Shown: positions 28,234 through 39,140, numbered from the stretch's first letter. The stretch is DNA of 64,000 bases from Edaphobacter sp. (GCA_965277265.1 CBDICF010000002.1:274449-338448), one strand, 5' to 3'. Notes: a model not told the origin generated them from the letters alone. Made by a program: numbers and translations.

Positions 28234-31233
28234 ATGAACGATCAAATCACAATCCGCGGCGCACGCACCCACAACCTCAAGGGCATCGACGTCGACATCC
28301 CGCATAACGCACTCACCGTCGTCTCCGGTGTCAGCGGCTCCGGCAAATCGTCGCTCGCCTTTGACACCGTCTACGCCGAAGGGCAGCGCCGCTACGTCGA
28401 ATCCCTCTCCGCCTACGCCCGGCAGTTCCTCGAGCGCATCGAAAAACCCGATGTCGATTTCATGGACGGCCTGGCCCCCGCCATCGCCATCAAGCAGAAG
28501 AACCAGACCCGGAACCCACGCTCCACCGTCGCCACCGCAACCGAGATCTACGACTATCTCCGTCTCCTCTACGCCCGCTGCGGCACCGTCACCTGCCTGC
28601 ACTGCGGCGGCATCGTCAAACGCGACACCGTGGACGAAATCATCGCCGCCCTCTTCGCCCTGGCCGAAGGCAGCCGCACCTACGTCCTCTTTCCCATCAT
28701 CCGCGCCGAACTCAAACTCGAACCGCTGCAGCAGCCCGCCACCGAAGCAGTGGAAGAAGCTCCCAGGCCCAAGAAGTCTGCACCAAAGAAATCCGTTTCC
28801 TCCGTGGTCGGTCTTTCTTCTCTCACCGACACCCTCAAAGACCGCCTCACCGAACTTCGCCGCCGCGGCTACAACCGTCTCTACCAGTCAGGCGAAATCG
28901 TCGAGTTCTCCACCCCCGAGTCCCTCCTCGAACTCGACTTCGCCAGCCCGATCTTCGTGCTTGTAGACCGCCTGGCCCTCACTCCCGACTCCCGCGCCCG
29001 CATCGTCGATGCCATCGAGACCGGCTACCGCGAATCCGGCGAGGTCCAGTTCCACATCCTCCCCCGCGAGGACGAAGCCGAGCCCCCGCGCCTGAGGTTT
29101 TCAGCCGCCTTCGAATGCACGACCTGCCACCGCGCCTATCGCGAGCCCGAACCCCGCCTCTTCTCCTTCAACAACCCCTACGGCGCCTGCCCCCGCTGCC
29201 AGGGATTCGGCAACACCATCGACTTCGATCCCAGCCTCATCATTCCGGACAAATCGAAGACCCTTGCCGAAGGCGCAATTGCCCCCTGGACCACCGCCAA
29301 GTACCGCGCGCATCACGGCGAGATGATGCGCGCCGCCAAAGCCGCCAGCATCCCCACCGACCTCCCCTGGTACGACCTCACCCCCGTCCAGCAGCGGTTC
29401 ATCGAAGACGGAGGCGGCAGCTTTCCCGGCATCCAAGGCTTCTTCAGCGCGCTCGACCGCAAAAAGTATAAGCTCCACGTCCGCGTCTTCCTCTCCAAGT
29501 ATCGCGGCTACGCTCTCTGTCCCGACTGCCGTGGCCAGCGTCTCCGGGCAGAAGCCCGCGCCGTCCTGATCGCGCCTCAAAACGGTCCAGCCCAAAATAT
29601 CTGCGAGACCTCCGCCCTCACCATCACCGCGGCGCAAGAGTTCTTCGACAATCTGCAGCTATCACCGGCACAAACTGAAATCGCCGGAAAAATTCTCGAA
29701 GAAGTCCGGCAGCGCATCCACTTCCTCCACCAGGTCGGCCTCGACTACCTCACCCTCGACCGCCTCAGCTCCACCCTCTCCGGCGGCGAAGCCCAGCGCA
29801 TCCAGCTAGCCACTTCGCTGGGCTCCCGTCTGGTCGGCGCACTTTACGTCCTCGATGAACCCAGCATCGGCCTCCACACTCGCGACACAGCCAAGCTCAT
29901 CGGCATCATGAAGGACCTCCGCGACCTTGGCAACACCATCCTCGTCGTCGAGCACGATCCCGACGTCATCCGGGCCGCCGACCACCTCCTCGATCTCGGC
30001 CCCGGAGCAGGCGAACTCGGCGGTCAACTTCTCGCCGCCGGCACCGTAGCCGAGGTCACCGCCAATCCCAATTCCGTCACAGGAAAATACCTCTCCGGCC
30101 GCGCCACCATCCCCGTCCCCAAACACCGCCGGGAGCCGGGCCGCGAGCACCTCAAACTTACCGGCGCCCGCATCCATAATCTCCGCGGCGTCGACCTCGA
30201 CATCCCTCTCAATCTCCTCTGCTGCGTAACTGGCGTCAGCGGCTCGGGCAAGTCGACCATCGTCCACCAGGTCCTCTACCGCGCCCTGATGCAAGCTCTC
30301 GGTCAGGCAGAGGGATCCGGCGACCCCGCTCATCTTTACCGCGACCTCTCCGGCGTCCAGCACCTCAACGACGTCATCCTCGTCGATCAGTCCCCGATCG
30401 GGCGCACGCCGCGCTCCAACCCCGTCACCTACATCAAGGCCTTCGACGACATCCGCGCCCTCTTCGCCGCGCAACCCGACGCCAAACGCCGCGGCTTCGG
30501 CCCTGGACACTTCTCCTTCAATGTGCCCGGCGGCCGCTGCGACGTATGCGAAGGCGACGGCACCGTGACAGTCGAAATGCAGTTTCTCGCCGACATCGAA
30601 CTCCCGTGCGAGGAATGCAACGGAACACGTTACAAATCGGCCATCCTCGACATCAGGTACAAGGGCAAGAACATTCACGACGTCCTCAACATGACGGTCA
30701 AGGAAGCCCTGGTTTATTTCGCCGGTCATCCCAAAATTGTAGACAAGCTCTATGTCCTCGACGAGGTCGGCCTGGGCTACGTTCGTCTCGGCCAGTCCGC
30801 CACAACTCTGTCGGGAGGCGAAGCCCAGCGCGTCAAGCTGGCCTCGCATCTCGCCACCGCCCGTAGCATTACGAACCGTAGTACAAGCAACGAAGCCGCA
30901 GCCAAGGCCCGCAGCCGTACCCTCTACATTCTCGACGAGCCCACCACCGGGCTCCACTTCGACGATGTAGCCAAGCTCCTCGCCGCCTTCCGCAAGCTCA
31001 TCGAAGGCGGCGGCTCGCTCCTCGTCATCGAGCACAATCTTGATGTCATCAAGTCCGCCGACTGGGTTATCGACATGGGCCCCGAGGGCGGTAGCGGCGG
31101 CGGCCAGATCGTCGCCACCGGCACCCCCGAAGAGATCGCCGCCAACCCCGCCAGCCACACCGGCCACTGGCTGGCCCCGGTCCTCAGCCTCCCCACCCGG
31201 AAAGCAGAACCCGAACTCCAAACCACCGCCTAG
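28234..31233 (+). CDS. uvrA: Excinuclease ABC subunit A (UvrA family)
   Basis: GARTHNLK, two GVSGSGKS Walker A motifs, LSGGEAQR signatures, DEP Walker B, CxxC zinc fingers. Confidence 0.95.
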   Translation: MNDQITIRGARTHNLKGIDVDIPHNALTVVSGVSGSGKSSLAFDTVYAEGQRRYVESLSAYARQFLERIEKPDVDFMDGLAPAIAIKQKNQTRNPRSTVATATEIYDYLRLLYARCGTVTCLHCGGIVKRDTVDEIIAALFALAEGSRTYVLFPIIRAELKLEPLQQPATEAVEEAPRPKKSAPKKSVSSVVGLSSLTDTLKDRLTELRRRGYNRLYQSGEIVEFSTPESLLELDFASPIFVLVDRLALTPDSRARIVDAIETGYRESGEVQFHILPREDEAEPPRLRFSAAFECTTCHRAYREPEPRLFSFNNPYGACPRCQGFGNTIDFDPSLIIPDKSKTLAEGAIAPWTTAKYRAHHGEMMRAAKAASIPTDLPWYDLTPVQQRFIEDGGGSFPGIQGFFSALDRKKYKLHVRVFLSKYRGYALCPDCRGQRLRAEARAVLIAPQNGPAQNICETSALTITAAQEFFDNLQLSPAQTEIAGKILEEVRQRIHFLHQVGLDYLTLDRLSSTLSGGEAQRIQLATSLGSRLVGALYVLDEPSIGLHTRDTAKLIGIMKDLRDLGNTILVVEHDPDVIRAADHLLDLGPGAGELGGQLLAAGTVAEVTANPNSVTGKYLSGRATIPVPKHRREPGREHLKLTGARIHNLRGVDLDIPLNLLCCVTGVSGSGKSTIVHQVLYRALMQALGQAEGSGDPAHLYRDLSGVQHLNDVILVDQSPIGRTPRSNPVTYIKAFDDIRALFAAQPDAKRRGFGPGHFSFNVPGGRCDVCEGDGTVTVEMQFLADIELPCEECNGTRYKSAILDIRYKGKNIHDVLNMTVKEALVYFAGHPKIVDKLYVLDEVGLGYVRLGQSATTLSGGEAQRVKLASHLATARSITNRSTSNEAAAKARSRTLYILDEPTTGLHFDDVAKLLAAFRKLIEGGGSLLVIEHNLDVIKSADWVIDMGPEGGSGGGQIVATGTPEEIAANPASHTGHWLAPVLSLPTRKAEPELQTTA

Positions 31234-31331
31234 TCAGAAGAGGAGAACTCAGGTTCAATCTTTTCTGCAATAAGTTGCGGAATGACCAACCTCCAATTGG
31301 CGAGGAACGCGGGAATCGGGCGCGAAACATT

Positions 31332-31349
31332 TAGGCCCGCGAATTGCAT
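31332..31349 (+). promoter_or_regulatory. Candidate sigma-54 promoter upstream of the second PEP-CTERM gene
   Basis: TAGGCCCGCGAATTGCAT with GG (31334-5)-N10-GC (31346-7) and a TTGCA -12 box. Confidence 0.4.
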
Positions 31350-31668
31350 AACACTTCTCCAAACAAGTAGCTCAGCCATGTTGTCATCTCTGATCAGGGG
31401 TGTCTTATGCGAAGCACTGTCTTACGGCTGCTCTGTCTTTCGAATGTCTTTACCTGAGCCAACGCTTGTCCCTCAACCTCGAGGCATCCATCGGACCCAT
31501 CACGAACCCGGACTGTTACTCAGGCTCGGTTTGTAATGGACCGAATGAGGCGCTCATTCCAGATTGAAGAGATTCACGAAGCAATGCCTTTGTTATTTCG
31601 ACCGAGCGGGAGATGACTATCCCGCCCGCAACAAAAAATTGATTAGAGATATCCTCCCGGAGAACAAA

Positions 31669-32241
31669 ATGAAAGTCGCTCTTCTGCTCGCTTCGATCCT
31701 CGCCGTCCCAGGCATCGCGTTCGCCGCCCCCGTCACCTACACCGTCAACAACGCCTTCTCCACCTTCAGCGTATCCGGCACCATCACCACCGACGGCACG
31801 TTGGGTACCCTGGCCAGCGCCGATATCACGGGCTACAACCTTACCGTCGCAACCGCCACCAAAACCGACACGTTGACCGCCGCAAACTCCAGCGAATCCA
31901 TCGCCGGTTCAGGCGTCACCGCGACATCTTCGGGCCTTTTCTACGATTACGTTTCGGGCGAATCCAGCTCCACCTACGACTACCTCGGCTTCTTCGGGGG
32001 AACTACAGGCTTCACCGACCTCTGCTATCAGTCCAGTGGCTGCCTCACATTTAACGGATCCGCCTATGAGTCCGTCTTCATCCCTTTCGGGGGCGGAAAC
32101 CCTTTGCAGTTGCAGTCGGGTGACGTAGAGATCGCGTCCGTCGGCTCGACCGCCGCAACTCCGGAACCTGAGAGCTTCTTGCTTCTGGGTACCGGGCTGC
32201 TTGGCGTCTTCGGCGTCGCTCGCCGTCGATTCCTCAGCTAA
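31669..32241 (+). CDS. PEP-CTERM surface protein (Ser/Thr-rich beta domain)
   Basis: Signal peptide MKVALLLASILAVPGIAFA; C-terminal TPEPESFLLLGTGLLGVFGVARRRFLS. Confidence 0.88.
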   Translation: MKVALLLASILAVPGIAFAAPVTYTVNNAFSTFSVSGTITTDGTLGTLASADITGYNLTVATATKTDTLTAANSSESIAGSGVTATSSGLFYDYVSGESSSTYDYLGFFGGTTGFTDLCYQSSGCLTFNGSAYESVFIPFGGGNPLQLQSGDVEIASVGSTAATPEPESFLLLGTGLLGVFGVARRRFLS

Positions 32242-32260
32242 CAGATACTTCCCGCGCGGA

Positions 32261-32284
32261 AAGGGGAGAGATCGAGCTCCCCTT
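32261..32284 (+). terminator. Hairpin downstream of the PEP-CTERM gene, possible terminator
   Basis: AAGGGGAG/CTCCCCTT 8-bp stem; U-tract weak. Confidence 0.3.
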
Positions 32285-32291
32285 AGCGCTT

Positions 32292-32515
32292 TAAGCCGGG
32301 CCGATCGCCACTCCTGCAGCATAGGTCTTTCCGCCAAAGTCCACTCTGGTTGCGGGGCGCACCCTTGACGCACCTGTTATCCTTAAATTAGGGAAAGATC
32401 TCCGCATGGCCCGGCATCGAGCCGGGCTTATGTACTTAACGGCAGCATGGAAGTCCGGACCTAACGTTCCTGTTTCGAAGACTTTGCACACTTTTGTAGT
32501 AGGGGAGGGGGTACA
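32292..32515. ncRNA. Candidate structured non-coding element (6S-like rod or dispersed repeat)
   Basis: Hand-folded stems: TAAGCC/GGCTTA, AGGTCTTTCC/GGAAAGATCT, inner GGTTGCG/CGCACC; alternative local hairpin GCCCGGC/GCCGGGC (32409-32427). No credible ORF. Confidence 0.35.
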
Positions 32516-32518
32516 TTC

Positions 32519-33901
32519 ATGACGACGCTGGCGCACCACCAGTTCCAGGCAATCACAAGCCGCAATCCCCGTCGCTGCCCCTCCACCTTCTCTTCGGCAA
32601 TATTTTTTCTGCTTCTCCTCTTCGTCGCGCCCGCAGCCCACGGCCAGCTCCCCGCCGGCACCACCGACGCCACAGCCCAGCCCCAACCCGCCCCGCAAGA
32701 CCCTCTCCGCGCCGAAGCCAACGCCGCGCTCGACAAGCAGGACTATCCCACTGCCCTCAAACTCCTCACCACCCTCGCCGAAAAGACCCCCACCGACCCT
32801 CACCTCCTCTACGATCTCGCCTCCACCCAGGATGCTCTCGACCAGCCCGCCGCCGAAGCCACCTATCGCCGCGCCATCGCTGCCGATCCCACTTACTTCG
32901 AGCCCCACCTCGCCCTGGGCCTCCTCCTCGCCCGCAGCGGCAAACTCCCCGAAGCCCACGCCGAACTCGCCAAGTCCACCGCCCTGACCACGGACAATTC
33001 AATCCTCAAAGCCCGCGCCTTCCGAGCCCTGGCTCGCATCGACCGCACCTCCAATCCAGCCCTCGCCAGCGACGAACTCCTTTCCGCGATGAAGCTCTCG
33101 CCCGAGACCCCCGACGACATTCTCCTCTCCGGCGAACTGGCCGAAGCCTCCGGCGACCCCGCCGCAGCCGACGCCGCCTACCGCCGTCTCCTCGCCGCAA
33201 ACCCCAGGGACCAGGACGCCACCGCCGCCCTCATCCACCTCCTCCTTACCCAGAAAAAATCCGACCAGGCCGAGACGCTCCTCACGGCCGCTCTCGCCAA
33301 AGATCCTGAAAACCCCACCCTCAATGCCCAGCTCGCCGGCCTCTATGACCAGCAGGGCAAAGCCGCCCAGGCAATCCCCATTGTGGAAAGGCTCCGCGCC
33401 GCCCACCCGGACGATCCCAGCCTCGCCCGTCTCCTCGCTCGCCTTTACACCCGCGACGACCACTACGACCAGGCCGCACCCCTCTACGCCGCCCTCGTCG
33501 TCGCCTCCCCGCAGGACCCCACCCTGCTCGACGATAGCGCCGACACCCTGATTCATCTGAAGAAATTCGCCGAAGCCGAGGCTTTCCTCAAGCGCGCCGT
33601 CGCCCAGCCCTCCGCCTTCCCCAGCAAGGACGACCTCGGCGCCGCTGCCAGTCACCTCGCCTTCGCCGCCTCCGAAAACGACGACCCAACCACCACCTTG
33701 CAAGCCATCGCGCTTCGTGATACAGTGCTGCCACAGTCGCCATCGTCCCTGTTCCTCGCGGCTACTGCGCACGACAAGCTTCACCAGGTCAAGCAGGCCA
33801 CCGGCCTGTACCAGCAGTTCCTCGCCGTGGCTAACGGCAAGTTCCCGGACGAGGAGTGGGAGGCTCGCCACCGCCTTCTCACCCTCGCGCACATGAAGTA
33901 G
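32519..33901 (+). CDS. Secreted tetratricopeptide-repeat protein
   Basis: Hydrophobic signal followed by multiple Ala/Leu-rich TPR repeats (YRRAIAADP, YRRLLAANP). Confidence 0.85.
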   Translation: MTTLAHHQFQAITSRNPRRCPSTFSSAIFFLLLLFVAPAAHGQLPAGTTDATAQPQPAPQDPLRAEANAALDKQDYPTALKLLTTLAEKTPTDPHLLYDLASTQDALDQPAAEATYRRAIAADPTYFEPHLALGLLLARSGKLPEAHAELAKSTALTTDNSILKARAFRALARIDRTSNPALASDELLSAMKLSPETPDDILLSGELAEASGDPAAADAAYRRLLAANPRDQDATAALIHLLLTQKKSDQAETLLTAALAKDPENPTLNAQLAGLYDQQGKAAQAIPIVERLRAAHPDDPSLARLLARLYTRDDHYDQAAPLYAALVVASPQDPTLLDDSADTLIHLKKFAEAEAFLKRAVAQPSAFPSKDDLGAAASHLAFAASENDDPTTTLQAIALRDTVLPQSPSSLFLAATAHDKLHQVKQATGLYQQFLAVANGKFPDEEWEARHRLLTLAHMK

Positions 33902-33926
33902 GCAAGCGCTCCCTTCGAGGTGCGTT

Positions 33927-34394
33927 ATGAACCGCAGATTTCGTCTTCCGGCTCTTCTCCTCCTGTCCTTTCTCCTCATCTTCTGCGCTCCCGCTATCGC
34001 CGCCTCGATCGACGAGTCCCTCCCCGATGCGCAGGCCCTCAACCAGCTCGAACTGCGCGCCCGGCAGGCCAGCCCCCGCGACCAGTGCTTCCTCTACGCC
34101 GAACTGGTCCACACCATGACCGAGATCGCCGGCAGACAGATGCTGCAGGGCGATGTAGATCAGGCCAGCGCGACCTTGAAGCAGGTCGAACGCTACGCCG
34201 CCCTCATTCACCTCGGCCTCTCCAACGACACCAAACGCGTCAAAAACACCGAACAGCTCATGCACCACACCACCTACCGCCTCGGCGAGTACCTTCACCA
34301 GGCCTCCGGCGAAGACCGTGCCACCCTCCAGGCCACCCTCAAGCAACTCGACCAGGTACACGACGAACTCCTTGCACAGGTCTTCAATCACTAG
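33927..34394 (+). CDS. Secreted alpha-helical hypothetical protein
   Basis: Signal peptide; typical codon usage; co-oriented downstream of the TPR gene. Confidence 0.75.
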   Translation: MNRRFRLPALLLLSFLLIFCAPAIAASIDESLPDAQALNQLELRARQASPRDQCFLYAELVHTMTEIAGRQMLQGDVDQASATLKQVERYAALIHLGLSNDTKRVKNTEQLMHHTTYRLGEYLHQASGEDRATLQATLKQLDQVHDELLAQVFNH

Positions 34395-34449
34395 CGCGCG
34401 TCGGAATGCAGGTTGCCATATCTTTAGTCGGCTTCACCACCGGAAACCA

Positions 34450-34986
34450 ATGCTCCGTCGCCTCGTCCTCGCTCTCCTTTTCCTATCGTTTGCCGCGCCC
34501 CTCCGTGGCCAAAACGGCGACACCGCTCTCTCAGAAGCCGAAATCGATCAACTTCGCGATGCGGCCTACATCCCCAATGACCGTGTCCTGGTCTTCATCA
34601 AACTCCTCGATACCCGCACCAAAGAGATCCAGGACCTCTTCGCTCATCCCCGCAAACCTGGACGAGAACAGGACACTCACGACCTCCTGGAGCAGTTCAC
34701 CTCCATCGCCGACGAACTCAACGACAACCTCGACGAATACGGCCCGCATCACCGCGATATCCGCAAAGCCTTACCCAAACTCCTTGATGCGGCCGAACGC
34801 TGGTCCTCGACCTTGAAGTCGCCGCCCGACAACGACGCGTATAGTCTCTCGCGCAAGTTGGCACTGGAGTCCATCCGCGACATCCGGGAAGAGGCAACCA
34901 GACTGGTCGAAGACCAGAAGACCTGGTTCGCCGCTCACCCGCCGGCAAAGGAAGACAGGAACGGTCCAATCGATATTCCTCGTTGA
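34450..34986 (+). CDS. Secreted alpha-helical hypothetical protein
   Basis: Signal peptide MLRRLVLALLFLSFAAPLRG at ATG 34450. Confidence 0.75.
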   Translation: MLRRLVLALLFLSFAAPLRGQNGDTALSEAEIDQLRDAAYIPNDRVLVFIKLLDTRTKEIQDLFAHPRKPGREQDTHDLLEQFTSIADELNDNLDEYGPHHRDIRKALPKLLDAAERWSSTLKSPPDNDAYSLSRKLALESIRDIREEATRLVEDQKTWFAAHPPAKEDRNGPIDIPR

Positions 34987-35062
34987 GTGACACGCGCACT
35001 CCGGCAAAGTTCTCGGAGATGGTCTAGCCTTGTACTCAGGGCGAATCACGGAAGACCCACCG

Positions 35063-36052
35063 ATGAGCGGACAAGACCACAACGCACCCATGCAGGAGAG
35101 TCAATCATCTTCCCCGTGCTGCGCCCCTGCGGCTGAGCGCGGCCGCGCGGACACTCACCAGCCAACTCCCGTTACGCCCGCAGTCACTAGACCGCCACGC
35201 CAAAGCGTCGCGCTTCCTGGCGGCACGTTTCTGATGGGCACCGATTATCGAGAAGCCTTCTCCTCCGATGGCGAGGGTCCGGTTCGCCCCGTCTCGCTCT
35301 CACCGTTCTCCATCGATGCCTATCCCGTGACGAATCGTGACTTCGCCGCCTTCGTCTCCGATACGCATTACCTAACCGACTCCGAGCGTTATCGCTGGTC
35401 TTTCGTCTTCTGGGCGCACCTGCCGCCGGACCGCCTCGACGAGCTTGTCGAAGACACTGTTGCCGCCGCGCCCTGGTGGTGCAAGGTTCCCGGCGCCTCC
35501 TGGGAGCACCCGGAGGGTCCCGGCTCGCAGGTTATCGACCGTCCAAATCATCCCGTGGTTCACGTCTCCTGGAACGATGCTGCGGCTTACGCATTGTGGG
35601 CCGGCGGAGCGCTCCCCACCGAGGCGCAATGGGAGTACGCCGCACGCGGCGGCCTCATCCAGAAGCTCTATCCCTGGGGCGACGACCTGACGCCAGATGG
35701 CCGGCACCTCTGTAACATCTGGCAGGGCGAGTTCCCGCGCATCGATACAGCCGAAGATGGCTTTGCCGGTGCCTGCCCCGTGGACAGCTTTCCACCCAAT
35801 CTTGTCGGCCTCTACTCCATTACGGGAAACGTCTGGGAGTGGTGCTCTGACTGGTTTCACACCGCCTTCACCTCTGCTCCCCGCCATGACCCGCGCGGCC
35901 CGGAGGCAGGCGAAGCGAAGGTCATGAAGGGAGGCTCGTTCCTGTGTCACGCATCGTACTGCAACCGCTACCGCGTCGCCGCACGAACGGCAAACACCGT
36001 GGATAGCGCTGCTTCGAACGTCGGCTTTCGCTGCGTCCAGCAAGCTCCGTGA
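35063..36052 (+). CDS. Formylglycine-generating enzyme (SUMF1/FGE)
   Basis: HPVVHVSWNDA, LPTEAQWEYAARGG, GNVWEWC, and catalytic KGGSFLCHASYCNRYRVAAR with both Cys. Confidence 0.92.
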   Translation: MSGQDHNAPMQESQSSSPCCAPAAERGRADTHQPTPVTPAVTRPPRQSVALPGGTFLMGTDYREAFSSDGEGPVRPVSLSPFSIDAYPVTNRDFAAFVSDTHYLTDSERYRWSFVFWAHLPPDRLDELVEDTVAAAPWWCKVPGASWEHPEGPGSQVIDRPNHPVVHVSWNDAAAYALWAGGALPTEAQWEYAARGGLIQKLYPWGDDLTPDGRHLCNIWQGEFPRIDTAEDGFAGACPVDSFPPNLVGLYSITGNVWEWCSDWFHTAFTSAPRHDPRGPEAGEAKVMKGGSFLCHASYCNRYRVAARTANTVDSAASNVGFRCVQQAP

Positions 36053-36085
36053 TGCGTCAAACCTCCAGAGGCCAATTGGAGGAAG

Positions 36086-37627
36086 ATGAGCAATCCGAAA
36101 GACAGCCACGAGTCCACATCTGTAAGTTCCCGCCGCAGCTTCCTCACCAAAGCTGCCGGAGCGGCACTCGCCACCGCTCTGCCGGCCGCCGCGCAGCCCG
36201 CAAGCCGAACCACTGCCACCCAAGTGGCCAGAAAACGTCCCCTCAACGTACTTTTCTTCATGTCGGACGACATGCGCCCGGAGCTAGCCTGTTACGGCAG
36301 CCGCTTCAACGCTCACAGCCCCAATATCGATGCTCTGGCCGCAAAAGGAGTCCGATTCGACCGCAATTTCTGCCAATTTCCTTTGTGCAATCCCTCGAGA
36401 TCTTCTCTTTTCACCGGCCATCCGCCCCATACCACCAAAGTCCTCGGCAATAACGCGAGCGTCCGTAATTTGCACCCCGACTGGATCACGCTCCCGCAAC
36501 TCTTCCGAGAATACGGCTACACTACACTGCGAAGCGGCAAGATCTTTCACGCCGGCCTTGACGACCCGAAGGCCTGGACCGACTTCGATGGGGACGTTGA
36601 ATCCATGCACCCTACGCAGACCGGACGGCCGATGGACATCCCGCACGCCCGTATTCCCATGCCCAACGGCGTCCTTCCCGTGCTGCCCGGCGACAACCAG
36701 CGCGCCGCCCACTCCGACCAGATTCTCGTCCTCGAAGGCAATGGCGAAGGCGCTAGCGACTACATGGTGGCCAACCGGGCCATAGACTATCTCCGCCAGT
36801 GCAAGCGGCAGCCAGACAAGCCCTTCTTCATCGGCTGCGGCTTCTCCAAACCCCACAGCCCGCCCACAGCTCCGCAGCGCTTCTTCGATCTGTACGACCC
36901 AAGCCACATCCAGCTTCCACCTGACTTTGCCGCCTGGCCAACCGTCCCCGAAGGCTTTCCAAAGGCAGCCATCCGCATGCGCAATGCGGACCTCTTCATT
37001 GGCCGCGGCGCATCCGAGCCGGAATCCAAAGAGGTCATCCGCGCCTATCTCGCCTCCATCTCCTGGGCCGATTGGAATCTGGGCCGCGTCGTAACGGAGT
37101 TGGATAAACTCGGGCTGCGCGATAATACGGCCATTGTCTTCGTCGCCGATCACGGTTATCAACTAGGCGAAAAGGGAAAATGGTCCAAAGCCGGCTCTCT
37201 CTTCGAGAACGGCACCCGTGTTCCGCTTATCATCCATGTGCCGGGAGCCCATGGCAACGGTCGCTCGTCTACCCGTATCGTCCAGTCGCTGGACCTCTAC
37301 CGCACGATGGCAGAACTCTGCCGTCTCGACGTGCCGGAGGGAATAGAGGGCACCAGTCTCTCTCCGCTGCTCAACGATCCGCGTGCCACCTGGACCCAGC
37401 CGGCTTTCAGCATCTGGAGCGAAGATGGGAAGACAGTCCACGGCACTGCAGTCCGGACCGAACAGTGGCGCTACGCAGAGTTCGGCAAAGACGCAAGCAA
37501 CGGAGCCATGCTCTTCGACGTTCGTGCCGATCCTATGGAACTCACCAACCTCGCTTCCAATCCGAAGTACCAGGAGGTTCGCGCCCCACTTGCGCAACTC
37601 ATCGCCGGTTACGGAGATACTGCCTGA
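36086..37627 (+). CDS. Tat-exported Cys-type sulfatase (iduronate-2-sulfatase-like)
   Basis: SRRSFL Tat motif; SDD, CNPSRSS (CxPxR), GKIFH, KPHSP, ADHG. Confidence 0.92.
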   Translation: MSNPKDSHESTSVSSRRSFLTKAAGAALATALPAAAQPASRTTATQVARKRPLNVLFFMSDDMRPELACYGSRFNAHSPNIDALAAKGVRFDRNFCQFPLCNPSRSSLFTGHPPHTTKVLGNNASVRNLHPDWITLPQLFREYGYTTLRSGKIFHAGLDDPKAWTDFDGDVESMHPTQTGRPMDIPHARIPMPNGVLPVLPGDNQRAAHSDQILVLEGNGEGASDYMVANRAIDYLRQCKRQPDKPFFIGCGFSKPHSPPTAPQRFFDLYDPSHIQLPPDFAAWPTVPEGFPKAAIRMRNADLFIGRGASEPESKEVIRAYLASISWADWNLGRVVTELDKLGLRDNTAIVFVADHGYQLGEKGKWSKAGSLFENGTRVPLIIHVPGAHGNGRSSTRIVQSLDLYRTMAELCRLDVPEGIEGTSLSPLLNDPRATWTQPAFSIWSEDGKTVHGTAVRTEQWRYAEFGKDASNGAMLFDVRADPMELTNLASNPKYQEVRAPLAQLIAGYGDTA

Positions 37628-37665
37628 CCTTGTATTTTGCGTTCGTTGATCGACCTGTCAGCCGG

Positions 37666-38844
37666 TCAGCGGGCGCTTGCGAGTTGGCCGGCGAAGGCGT
37701 CCAGGGAGAGGCTGCGAAGGAGATTGCGGCGTAGACCGCTCTGCACCTGATCGAGGGCGCGGGAGGCTTGCTCGATCCACTGGAACGAGAGGGATTGCGA
37801 GATACGTTCGAGTTCGGCGCGGAGATCGGTATTGCGGAGGAGTTCGGGAGTGCCGGCACCGAGAAGAAGGATATCTTCGAGGAGCAGAGAGAGGCTGCGG
37901 AGAAGCGCGGCGGTCTTCTGTTGGCCTTCGGCTCCGGCGCGGTAGGTTTCAGTCATTTTGAAGAGGGCGGTGTGGTCGGGCTCCGATGAGCCAGTGCTGC
38001 CCGCGGCGGCGTTGCGTAGGAAGATCAATGCGTCGGCGCGGGCGGCGGTGTAGGCGGCGAGGTCGAAGCCGATAGCCTTCCCGGCGGCTCCCTGAGCGAG
38101 GCGGGCGATAAGGGTGCGCTGCTGGGGCGGAACGTCGGGGCGGCGGTCGGCGAGGAGCATCTCGATCTCTTCGACCGGCAGGGCTCCAAGACGGACGGTA
38201 GCGCAACGGGAGCGAATGGTTGGGAGTAGTTCGCCGGGGTTTTCGGCGAGGATGATGATGTGGACGGTGGGCGGGGGCTCTTCGAGGACCTTGAGGAGGG
38301 AGTTGGCGGCTTCCTTCATCATGTTGGCGGCTGTCAGGATGAAGATCTTGCGGGGCGCTTCGCTGGGGAGGTAATGCGAGCGCTGAATGACGGTGCGAAC
38401 CTGGCCGAGTTTGATGAGGAGCTGCGGAGGGTCGGGCGGGATGATGAGGACGTCGGGGTGGGGCTGGATGAGAACGCGGGTCTCTTTTTTGTCGGTCTCG
38501 CGAAGCTCTTCGCGGGCGGCTACGGCTTTGTCGACCTCGTCTTCGAGGCTGGCGGCGGAGGCGATACGGGTGCAGTTATGGCAGACACCGCAGAAGCTGG
38601 CGAGGGACTGGCCATTGGACCCGAGGGCTTCGCTGTAGGAGCGGAGCTCGCGCGGCTGGCGTTCGCATTGGACGGCCATGCTGAGCATGAGGGCGAGGGT
38701 ATATTTTCCGGCTCCACTGGGTCCGCTGAGGATGAGGGAGGAAGGCAACCGCCGGGCGGCGATAGCGGTGCGGAGGTGCTCGATGGCAGTCGTGTTGCCG
38801 AGGAAATCGTTGAAGGTGGCGGGAAGGGCGGTCGGGCTAGACAC
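37666..38844 (-). CDS. holB: DNA polymerase III subunit delta-prime
   Basis: GPSGAGK, C..C..C Zn module, HPDV, AANSLLKVLEEPP, LLPTIRSRC; GTG 38844 preceded by AGGAG. Confidence 0.85.
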   Translation of the reverse strand: MSSPTALPATFNDFLGNTTAIEHLRTAIAARRLPSSLILSGPSGAGKYTLALMLSMAVQCERQPRELRSYSEALGSNGQSLASFCGVCHNCTRIASAASLEDEVDKAVAAREELRETDKKETRVLIQPHPDVLIIPPDPPQLLIKLGQVRTVIQRSHYLPSEAPRKIFILTAANMMKEAANSLLKVLEEPPPTVHIIILAENPGELLPTIRSRCATVRLGALPVEEIEMLLADRRPDVPPQQRTLIARLAQGAAGKAIGFDLAAYTAARADALIFLRNAAAGSTGSSEPDHTALFKMTETYRAGAEGQQKTAALLRSLSLLLEDILLLGAGTPELLRNTDLRAELERISQSLSFQWIEQASRALDQVQSGLRRNLLRSLSLDAFAGQLASAR

Positions 38845-39140
38845 GGAGCGGCTCCTCATCCTCTAGGGTAAATGGAGTGCGCGATCCGAGAGCGCTCGGC
38901 GTGGCCGGATGCGATGTGTCACGAACTTTCAAACGAATCTTCGCCCGGTTTCCGCCCGCAGCCAAGCTGAAACGTAAGAACAACAGCAGCAACTGCCACA
39001 TTCCGGTTCGCAAAGGAAATGAGTTATGGACCGGAACATAGAAATCTTCAACGTCTGCGGACCGGTTGCTGGCGTACAAATGAAGTGGGTTAATATTTGG
39101 TGGGTTCGCGACCCGCGGAACTGTGCGCGATGTCGAGGCG

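Noticed and set aside
38990-39050. Hairpin TTCCGGT/ACCGGAA with GCAAA as a c-di-GMP-I riboswitch
   Set aside because: Lacks the GAAA tetraloop/receptor and second GCAAAG arrangement of the consensus.
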